This document shows, one piece after another, positions 47,701 through 54,487 of a stretch of DNA of 54,487 nucleotides. The DNA lies in the IMG/VR virus record IMGVR_UViG_3300023178_000060, positions 1-54,487 of that record. One strand, written 5' to 3'. This DNA is from a virus. Lineage: Duplodnaviria; Caudoviricetes. The notes below the pieces were generated by a model. It worked only from the letters and a program-made list of their open reading frames with translations, was not told where the DNA came from and did not search any database. How positions within the stretch are numbered: the first letter of the stretch is position 1; every line of letters begins with the position of its first letter. Made by a program: the position numbers and the translations under genes.

Positions 47701-49880
47701 TGTAAACTTAGGTTCCTAATACCAGATCCATTCCTTACATAGAACATATTTGATAATTCGTATCCAGCAGCTGGTTGTATGCTGGTACTACGCAATTCGT
47801 CACCAACAATAGCGCAATTAGCAGGCACACTAATAGGTAAAATTTCTTCGTAAAATCCTGATTTTACAAATAAAGTAGTGTTTTTATCTGTATCTACATT
47901 CGCAAGAATGTAATCACAAGCATATTTCACAGTTGCAAAAGGTGCAGTAGGAGTAACACCATGTGTTTCTGAATCTACTCCGTCCATGGAAACATAAAAA
48001 ATATTTGGCACATAATCATACTTTGTATATTGAACTACATTGTTTTCTGTATTTTTGTTTAATACACTACCTAATTCTCCTATTGCTAGTTTTTCTGTCT
48101 GATTTGTATAGGTTTTTATATCTCCAAACGTGCTTAACACATTATTAGGAGAACCTTGGATGAAAACTTCCCAATAGTTGATGCTTGTTAGATCTTTATC
48201 AAGATCAGGTCTACTATCAGATTCGTCGGATTGATGTTGTATCAATGCTTTGTATATTGTTCCTGCATACTGTACAAGATTATTAGGATAATATATAACA
48301 TTCTGTTCCCATTCTGCTTTAAAATTTTCTCCAGATACTAATATTTGCCAAGAACTATTTACGGTTGGTGCATTTTGATTACTTATATCATCTATTGCAA
48401 TGTAAAGTGATCCAGCATGACTAACTACGTCTCCTGTCTTGTATGTAATATCACCTAATGTTGTATAATCTCCTACAAAATTATATCCTTTTAATAATAA
48501 TTCCCAAGAACTAGAACTAGACGGTATTTTTTCGACATTGTTTTCTAAAGCTGTATAACTATAACCTCCATATAAAACAATGTCTCCCTTATTGTAGATA
48601 ATTTCCTCGCTCCAAAAATTTTCAAATTCTAAACCTGGTACAAAAACTTGAAAATATTGGTCTATCATTTGTAAATCAGGAACATGTTCTTTGATGCATT
48701 TGAATAGAGTTCCGCCGTATTTAACTACATCGTTTTCTCTTATCAAACTTAAAAATGTTGTGCTACCATCCAGCTGAGGATAATTACCAATGTAAATAAA
48801 TCCACTTACTAGCAATTCCCATGACCCTGCAGCAAATATACCTTCATCATCTCTAGTGGTACTTAAATGGCTCTCTATACATTTGTATATATTCCCGCCA
48901 TACCGTACAATATCGTTTTGGCTATAGTAAGTTGCTCTGGCCCAGTCTTGCATCCATAAATTGCCTATACTTAACAATGCCCATTTTTCTGTTAAATTTT
49001 CTAATGCATTCAATTCTGCTTCAGATTCATGTGCTTCGATACAATAATATGTATTTGATGTTGTTTTAACTACATCTCCGATGTTGTAGTAAGTGTCTGC
49101 TTGCCAAATACCTTGCCAGGAATAACCAGAAATTATGTATGTCCAATAATCTAAATTTTCATCAATTGTTGTGGTAGATAAATGAGTGGTCAAACATTCA
49201 TACACTTTACCGTTTAACTTAACTATACTACCTGCAGGATAGTACTGTGAATCAGCCCAATCGCCTCTCCATACTTTGCCATTAAATACTAATTCCCAAT
49301 AGCTTGTATACTTTGTGTTACATTTTGCGCCTAAATCCCTATAATTATAACTGTAATAATATAATGCATTCGGAGCAATAGTTGGAATAATTATTTCAAA
49401 TTTTCTCTCATTTGCTGCAGCAAACCCAGCGACATACTCAGTATAGGTTTTTTCCTCGTTGTCTAGATAAAATGTTGTTCCTTCTAAATACGGGCCTCCT
49501 CCACTGAGTGTGCCATTTTCTATTGTACTTAATAAGAAAATATTTACTTGTCCGTTATAATCTACATTAGAATCAGCGTCTTGATTAAAAATGTATTTTC
49601 TTCCCCGCAATAATGTTAAAAATGGACTTTCAACACCGTCTACATAAAAATGCCCTTGGGCTTGTAAATTAAATGTATCTGTGCTAACTGTTATAGTATG
49701 GATAGTATCAACTTGAGATGCTAATAAATCGTCAATAAAGTTAGCTGACGATGTATGGGCACTTAGTGTAGAATAACTTTTTCCCGCATAGTACGCTATA
49801 TCATCTTTCTTAAATTCTACACCCGGATTCCAAGTTCCTCTCCATGTATATTTTAATCTCTGTATATTAAAATCTGCCAT
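44787..49880 (-). CDS. Giant tail spike/fibre protein (1697 aa), paralog of 38726..44749 with a BNR/Asp-box propeller insert
   Basis: Same N-terminal repeats and core motifs as its paralog. Asp-box repeats SADDGANW, SVDSGLSW, SFDGDTW and SKDGKDW, plus YGNG motifs. Confidence 0.85.
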   Translation of the reverse strand: MADFNIQRLKYTWRGTWNPGVEFKKDDIAYYAGKSYSTLSAHTSSANFIDDLLASQVDTIHTITVSTDTFNLQAQGHFYVDGVESPFLTLLRGRKYIFNQDADSNVDYNGQVNIFLLSTIENGTLSGGGPYLEGTTFYLDNEEKTYTEYVAGFAAANERKFEIIIPTIAPNALYYYSYNYRDLGAKCNTKYTSYWELVFNGKVWRGDWADSQYYPAGSIVKLNGKVYECLTTHLSTTTIDENLDYWTYIISGYSWQGIWQADTYYNIGDVVKTTSNTYYCIEAHESEAELNALENLTEKWALLSIGNLWMQDWARATYYSQNDIVRYGGNIYKCIESHLSTTRDDEGIFAAGSWELLVSGFIYIGNYPQLDGSTTFLSLIRENDVVKYGGTLFKCIKEHVPDLQMIDQYFQVFVPGLEFENFWSEEIIYNKGDIVLYGGYSYTALENNVEKIPSSSSSWELLLKGYNFVGDYTTLGDITYKTGDVVSHAGSLYIAIDDISNQNAPTVNSSWQILVSGENFKAEWEQNVIYYPNNLVQYAGTIYKALIQHQSDESDSRPDLDKDLTSINYWEVFIQGSPNNVLSTFGDIKTYTNQTEKLAIGELGSVLNKNTENNVVQYTKYDYVPNIFYVSMDGVDSETHGVTPTAPFATVKYACDYILANVDTDKNTTLFVKSGFYEEILPISVPANCAIVGDELRSTSIQPAAGYELSNMFYVRNGSGIRNLSLQGLNGTLGEQNEFFTRRPTAGAYVSLDPGSDTSDQSVWITSKSPYIQNVSTFGNGCIGMKIDGALHDGGNDSIVANDFTQILSDGIGYWADNLGRSELVSVFTYYCHIGYLCTNGGILRATNGNNSYGDYGSVAEGFDENETPVTADIDNRTNEAQFGEAITFGTTQQTVIAIAYAHAGQDYTNAAISFGGAGFGAVGYYDEFRYNAISNVRIISADMSTLPGGANYTERENTAVTGTTTNIRLSNAETITTDEIVGQRIIIKAGLGVGQYAKVTAYDEGTFIADVEKETTGVAGWDHFQPGWPIESALNDTTRYVIEPCVSISDPARVLSSLTPPGGFTWSFIEFCNGKWLAMTDGSSTLNSAITENDGVNWSVTSNIGGYVISNIAGTMTSWYAAVNSYGGNQSNILLKYTESNGWQEIVLPATDTWNDVTTDKDQKIWVLGTAGNVAYSADDGANWTLFSLGSNGWTCIKYSRLILVATKIAPSPEIQFSVDSGLSWSISTTAFPLTTDIADITYGNNRFVAVGVSEACYSFDGDTWYNTTLPVVGKRVAYGNGVFITCGIDGSNNNTYSLSKDGKDWLTSDTAGTFALFQLSSWTDCSYGNGFFLITNSSANTWNKIQTGSKAVIRPQIAGGVIQQLVLYDVGGGYNSTPIIDIIDNANTTDADLQLFVRSGVLSQPEMFSRGQGYTTITAEITGDGFAEIYQNGRKFKITNLTKIPSPGANLDFSALPGEKFSLSRINSLLGDGPYDAEIEIAPSIDITESVEHLSRLEIREKYSQIRLTGHDFLDIGTGNFTNTDYPDLYLEGETTLNARQPFNETVASGGGRVFYTSTDQDGNFRVGELFKVEQSTGVVTISASQFDLGGLNEINLGGIQIGGTAVIIREFSKDKLLAANSNNIVPTQAAIKAYIESRVSGGGANATTNELVAAQVVLSENNVTTRTETAIIFEVKDNLLAGVDGHFLAAMLQD

Positions 49881-49890
49881 TCAATTTTCC

Positions 49891-50220
49891 TTATCCATCT
49901 GTTTTCATAATAAATTCGCCATCATCGCTAATTTCATATGTGATACTCCTAGCATCCCATCTAAATTGCTCGTAATTTAAATTATCATAAATCAATTCGT
50001 GATCCTGGTCTCTTCCTTCATAAAAATCTTGTCCTTCTACAAAGTTAGGAAAATTATCAACATCATTTCCCGGCTTGTTAAGAATTAAAGTTTCAGTGCT
50101 TAGTTGGTCATATTTTCCTAAGAATAAATCACCTTCGTCTGTCCTTCTAATTCCATAAAAATATCTTTTTGTATAACTATTCAAGATATCAGTAGGAGAT
50201 AAACCTATATAGTATGTCAT
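49891..50220 (-). CDS. Hypothetical protein (109 aa)
   Basis: ORF coupled (ATGA overlap) to the upstream gene; GAGG RBS. Confidence 0.7.
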   Translation of the reverse strand: MTYYIGLSPTDILNSYTKRYFYGIRRTDEGDLFLGKYDQLSTETLILNKPGNDVDNFPNFVEGQDFYEGRDQDHELIYDNLNYEQFRWDARSITYEISDDGEFIMKTDG

Positions 50221-50549
50221 TGTATTACCTCTGCATAACTTACTATCGCATCTACTGAATCAGCTTTGGATGCGACTACGTACAATTGGTCATTATACCC
50301 TAACACTAATTTTTCGCCAGAACTAACTGCTCGTAAACTTGAGTTAAATGGAATAAGTGTATTTTTTAGAAAATGGACTTCGACTGACTCATCTGTTTTT
50401 ATCGTTACGTCTACATATGTAACGGTATCAAGCACATTTGTTAGACTTAGGCCTATAATTGTCATAGTCCGTGCTAAATCAGTTTCTAATATTAATGTAG
50501 GTTCTGTACCAATATTTTTAACAACTGCATTTTTTATAATTGTGGGCAT
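50217..50549 (-). CDS. Small beta-sandwich virion protein (110 aa)
   Basis: TIIGLSLTN...IP.NSSL...GEKLVL...D.L.V...DAIVSY pattern, similar to 38392..38712. Confidence 0.7.
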   Translation of the reverse strand: MPTIIKNAVVKNIGTEPTLILETDLARTMTIIGLSLTNVLDTVTYVDVTIKTDESVEVHFLKNTLIPFNSSLRAVSSGEKLVLGYNDQLYVVASKADSVDAIVSYAEVIQ

Positions 50550-50598
50550 GTATGTTACCTAATAATACAGTTATTTATCAAGAAATTTGTTCACAGTA

Positions 50599-51477
50599 TT
50601 ATACTACTGTTCCAACCATAGCAATAATATCATCCTTTGCTTCGATTTCACCTGATATGGTAAATTTTATCATATTAACACCATTGTATTGAAAAATTAA
50701 ATCATTATTTGCATTAGTAGTCAACAACCATCCATTTAAATTTGTAAATATGTTGTTAGTAATACTTAAAGTTCCTGCGTTATTAAACAAAAAGCCGCCA
50801 TTTACATTACTAGTAGGTAAAGTAAAAGCTGTTATAAAATCGTTTAAATTTTGATCATACCCCGCAACTCCATTTACAACATCTATATCACTGCTTGATA
50901 AAAAGCTATTAGAAATATCATCTAACGATTTAAAACCAAATTGCCCGTTAGTTAAACTTGTTAGAACCAAATCACCAAATGTATTTGGACTATTTGCAGT
51001 TAAATTAATGTTTGAAATTTGACTCATTGTGAGTAAATCAAAATTATAACCACTGTTACCATCTGATTGTAGCACGAGGTTTGCATTATTTGTCGGATCG
51101 TTTGTAACACCATCAACATCACTTAATCCTACTAATGAATTAGGTATTTGAGTAAAACTAAATGTTCCGTCACCATCTGATTTTAAGAATAAATTTTGAT
51201 TTATCAACGGACTGTTAGTGCTGTCATCAATGTCTAATAAATTTTTTAATTCGTTTATTGGTGATTGGAAATCGTAAGTACCGTCACCTACAGAAGTAAG
51301 CACAAGTCCGCCTACGCTATCAGGAGAATTTGTTGTTTTGTCTACATAATTTATAATTTGTAGAGCGTTTGGATCATTTGTAACGATATTCCAAACAAGA
51401 CCGTCATACGACCACAATGCACCGGCTGTATTAAATGTATCGCCTACTTGTGGATTATTAGGAAAATTTAAAGCCAT
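50599..51477 (-). CDS. Fibre-like virion protein with internal repeats (292 aa)
   Basis: MALNFPNNP...WSYDGLVW N-terminus; about four repeats of 'L.D.D...N.P.....VL.SDG.G.Y.F'. Confidence 0.7.
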   Translation of the reverse strand: MALNFPNNPQVGDTFNTAGALWSYDGLVWNIVTNDPNALQIINYVDKTTNSPDSVGGLVLTSVGDGTYDFQSPINELKNLLDIDDSTNSPLINQNLFLKSDGDGTFSFTQIPNSLVGLSDVDGVTNDPTNNANLVLQSDGNSGYNFDLLTMSQISNINLTANSPNTFGDLVLTSLTNGQFGFKSLDDISNSFLSSSDIDVVNGVAGYDQNLNDFITAFTLPTSNVNGGFLFNNAGTLSITNNIFTNLNGWLLTTNANNDLIFQYNGVNMIKFTISGEIEAKDDIIAMVGTVV

Positions 51478-51486
51478 GAAAAATCC

Positions 51487-52179
51487 TTATGATAGAGCAA
51501 TGCTATATGCTATTGCTTGCTCTGTAGTTAATCCTGTGCTTGTAATTGTAATTGTATTGCTAGATTCAGTTAATATAATATCAATTCCATTACCAGCTTC
51601 AAAAAACAATGTATCTGTTCCAATTGAATTAATTACAGTTGTATCTACTTGCACTGCACTGAATGCATTTACATCAGCTAATCCAATGTTAGGCTGTATC
51701 CATTGAGCACTGTCTACATCTTGGAAGTATATATACAATCCCATTGTATCTGTATCCATCCATATCGAACAATTTAACGGTGATCCTGGAGGATTATCTG
51801 ATGCTGAAACTGTTACACCTGCAGGAGATGTTATATTTCCACCTACTTCTAAATTTCCTGGTATTACAACTTTGTCAGTTATCTGAGCTGGTTCAAGTCT
51901 AAGATCACCACTTGTCGTTCCTAATATTTGTCCGTCAATATAAACATTGTCAATTTCTAATCTCTCACCACCTAATTGTGTTGCAAATGCAGTACCTTCA
52001 ATATCAAGAGGATAGACAGGATTTGTTTTTTTTACACCAATCCTATTATTAGTAAAATCTAAATGTAAAATATTTGCTTGATCTGGATTTGCTTGATCCT
52101 CAGCACCTTTAAATGTTAAATCTATCTCTCTTTCAAGCGTAGATGTTAACAATGGTCCGGAAATTCTTCCTACTGCCAA
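51487..52179 (-). CDS. Fibre-like virion protein (230 aa, TTG start)
   Basis: AGGAG RBS; NNRIGVKKTNP.Y.LDI.G fibre motif; ends AIAYSIALS. Confidence 0.7.
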   Translation of the reverse strand: MAVGRISGPLLTSTLEREIDLTFKGAEDQANPDQANILHLDFTNNRIGVKKTNPVYPLDIEGTAFATQLGGERLEIDNVYIDGQILGTTSGDLRLEPAQITDKVVIPGNLEVGGNITSPAGVTVSASDNPPGSPLNCSIWMDTDTMGLYIYFQDVDSAQWIQPNIGLADVNAFSAVQVDTTVINSIGTDTLFFEAGNGIDIILTESSNTITITSTGLTTEQAIAYSIALS

Positions 52180-52205
52180 TGTATTCTCCTATTTAATCTA
52201 TTTAT

Positions 52206-52958
52206 CTAGATTCCTAAACGAGTTTTATTGTCTAAATAAGCATCTTTGAATAGAGTATACATGTCTTCTAAAAAAGCATACAGATGAGTAATGTTAGGCG
52301 TTTTTCCTTCTATTAATAGATCGTCACAATTTTTTATATAATTTAAAACGTAAAATTTTGCTGCGTATGGATGTATTCCCCATTGTTCTAAATGTCCAAA
52401 TGTGCCTTTACTAATACTACCTTGTTGTGTCATATCTTGTATTGCTTGTTTAAATGCGGTTTTCACATGATCTTCTGTACTTGCTCGATCCATTTCTTCA
52501 TCTGATACAATATCATTGATATTGAATGATGTTTTTATTTGTTCTGCTGTTTTTTTATAATGGACAATTTCTTTTATGCAATTCTCTAAATAACCTTCTG
52601 TAGATATATAATTTGTTTTATACTTAGCAAGTTTGATCTGTTGTTTTGGTGTTAAATTTTCCTTTTGCTCATATTTTTCTATTTGCAATTTAAACTCTTG
52701 TAAACGATAAAACGTATCTGTAGATGCTTCTAAACGCTGATTTATCTGAGCATAACATTGTTTTAACCAAATAAGAGGAGAATTACCACTCATTTGCAAA
52801 TTTCCTATTTCTCTTTCATGAGATGTTTGCTCTGTTCCTATTACCCGTTTAATATTTTCTAATTCGTTAAATACAGGAGCGATTGTTTTTTCAAATTCCT
52901 GTAATTTAAGATCAATTTTTGTGATTGAAAAATCTTTTTTTTCTATAAGCTCATTCAT
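52206..52958 (-). CDS. Coiled-coil hypothetical protein (250 aa)
   Basis: Helical heptad-like sequence with C-terminal GSISKGTFGHLEQWGIHP; coupled to the upstream gene. Confidence 0.7.
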   Translation of the reverse strand: MNELIEKKDFSITKIDLKLQEFEKTIAPVFNELENIKRVIGTEQTSHEREIGNLQMSGNSPLIWLKQCYAQINQRLEASTDTFYRLQEFKLQIEKYEQKENLTPKQQIKLAKYKTNYISTEGYLENCIKEIVHYKKTAEQIKTSFNINDIVSDEEMDRASTEDHVKTAFKQAIQDMTQQGSISKGTFGHLEQWGIHPYAAKFYVLNYIKNCDDLLIEGKTPNITHLYAFLEDMYTLFKDAYLDNKTRLGI

Positions 52959-54487
52959 CCTGGTCCATGTCCGCTTGCACTTGAATTAAAATCTGTTGAT
53001 CCAAAATTTACTGCTGCAGTATTGCTGCTCAAACTCAACTTTCTCCAAACTCTGTTTGATGTTGTTCCTGCTCCATGTAGCACTATATCATTTAAATCAC
53101 TTATACTTACTCCACTGCTACTAACAGTTAAATTCATGTAGTTTGTATTCATAGACCCGCTTGCATAGTCATATCTTTTAACATAGTTTCGCGGAGTGTA
53201 TGGTGAGTTACCGTAATTACCTGTAATGTATGCTGTTGTATTGTTTGATGCTGATTGCATTACATACATTGCTTCTCCTAAGCCTGCACTATTTACTATT
53301 GATTGTGTTGTAAAATCTATTCGTTGAGTATCACTTAATCTCTGATTACTCCAGTCTCCTGCTCCAACCAACGCTATATTATCGTAATCACTAGTGGTAA
53401 AATTAGCTCGTCTACCTCTAGTAAGTAATTGACCATAATTAACATTTGTGGTTGCTGTATCATAGCTTTTGTATGACACTGTCTTAGTATTAGGTGCTTC
53501 GCCAGGAAGACTATTAGGGTTGTACCATCCGCCTGCAAAAATACAGGCTGTAGGTGTACTAGCAGCTTTACCTATAAAATGTGGTGCTGCACAGGATCCC
53601 CATGAGATTGCTTTGAAATTACTTGCTAAATCTTTTAAAAATACCCTTTGGTTTCCGGTCATTCCGTCATAACCGGTTATCATCATTGTGCTTGTATTTG
53701 TAGAGCCTGCACCACTACTGGTTGTTTGTCCTAGAGTACCAAAGTTTGTATCTCCAGATCCTGTATTCCATGCTCGTCGGGTATAATTTTCTTGTGTGTA
53801 ATTTGTATCGCTAGGTGCGTCATAAAATGAACCTCCTAATAGAACTGCATATGCTGTTGATATAGCCATAGTAAACAAATTAGTTCCATACCAAGATCCA
53901 AGGGTCATATAATAGTTATGATAATGAGCATGGGCAGTATAGTACGATGGTAGAGAATGGTTATGGTAACTCATAAAATATCGTCTAGGTGCATAAGGTC
54001 CTGTGCTACCATTCAATTTTAAGTTACCTACTGTATAATCTGCAGTTTGTGAAGAATCAAAGCCAGTCTTTGAAGTGAATGTATCTATCATCACTCCAAA
54101 TTCTGCTTCCGTCATAGAGCTGTATTCGCTCCAGTCTGCTGCTCTATAATCAGGTCCTAAACTGTTTGCTACCCTTGTATCCATTACATTTGCATCACTT
54201 GTTTCGCTATATCTATTCCTTGTAAGGGTAGTTTTTTGACTAGTTGCTGTCATGTAATAAACATCCCCACCTTCAGGGTGAGGTAACTCATACTGTCCTA
54301 GGTCAACATCAGCAACTGTTACTCCTGTACCTTCAGCAGCAAGCGCAGGATACCAAGACGTATCCGCAGAGTTAACAAAAACTTCATAAACATAGGAAGC
54401 AATTTCAAATGTATCTGTTGAATAACTTGCACTGTGTTTGATTCCTAATAAAAATGTTTGTTGCTCGTTTACTTCGTCACTTTTTAA
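52955..54487 (-). CDS. 5'-truncated virion protein with C-terminal beta-propeller-like repeats
   Basis: The frame stays open for 78 more codons from 54253 to the window edge (LKSDEVNEQQ...GGDVYY-MTATS), so the true start lies outside the window. Repeats include NFGTL, CIFAGG, NYGQL and SASNNTTAYITG. Confidence 0.75.
   Translation of the reverse strand, partial: LKSDEVNEQQTFLLGIKHSASYSTDTFEIASYVYEVFVNSADTSWYPALAAEGTGVTVADVDLGQYELPHPEGGDVYYMTATSQKTTLTRNRYSETSDANVMDTRVANSLGPDYRAADWSEYSSMTEAEFGVMIDTFTSKTGFDSSQTADYTVGNLKLNGSTGPYAPRRYFMSYHNHSLPSYYTAHAHYHNYYMTLGSWYGTNLFTMAISTAYAVLLGGSFYDAPSDTNYTQENYTRRAWNTGSGDTNFGTLGQTTSSGAGSTNTSTMMITGYDGMTGNQRVFLKDLASNFKAISWGSCAAPHFIGKAASTPTACIFAGGWYNPNSLPGEAPNTKTVSYKSYDTATTNVNYGQLLTRGRRANFTTSDYDNIALVGAGDWSNQRLSDTQRIDFTTQSIVNSAGLGEAMYVMQSASNNTTAYITGNYGNSPYTPRNYVKRYDYASGSMNTNYMNLTVSSSGVSISDLNDIVLHGAGTTSNRVWRKLSLSSNTAAVNFGSTDFNSSASGHGPG

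Noticed and set aside
607-53672. Many short opposite-strand or off-frame ORFs in the track (e.g. 607..942, 10814..11083, 28141..28629, 41022..41351)
   Set aside because: They are shadows nested within long, motif-bearing genes and have no RBS or recognisable motifs.
54251-54253. MTATSQ as the start of the last gene
   Set aside because: The frame is open to the window edge, so the gene is most likely truncated by the window.
1-54487. Stop-codon reassignment
   Set aside because: Core genes are full length in the standard code, and TAA, TAG and TGA all occur as stops at sensible gene ends.

Overview
This AT-rich (roughly one-third GC by eye), densely coding window is part of the late/morphogenesis region of a large T4-superfamily-related contractile-tailed phage, probably aquatic. 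It uses the standard genetic code. Recognisable core genes are the terminase large and small subunits (gp17/gp16-like), head-completion nuclease (gp4-like), tail tube plus a tube-like paralog, an unusually long tail sheath (gp18-like), and neck/tail-completion proteins (gp13/14/15-like). Most of the rest is giant mosaic virion, tail-spike or fibre proteins. These are interspersed with an S8 protease, a Nudix hydrolase, a cupin, a GT9-like glycosyltransferase and a NodU/CmcH carbamoyltransferase. A T4-late-like (G/T/C)NTAAATA promoter motif recurs before many genes. Four signals stand out. (1) Seven copies of a helical domain with a phycobiliprotein-like 'C-x-R-D...YD...GG' chromophore-site motif occur in two giant virion proteins. 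(2) Three Cys/Gly-rich paralogs, a chaperone-like protein, a glycosyltransferase and a carbamoyltransferase form one module. (3) A subtilisin carries amicyanin-like copper-site loops. (4) Several late transcripts appear to be leaderless. I saw no tRNA, CRISPR array, reverse transcriptase or transposase. All family assignments come from motif recognition, not database searches.
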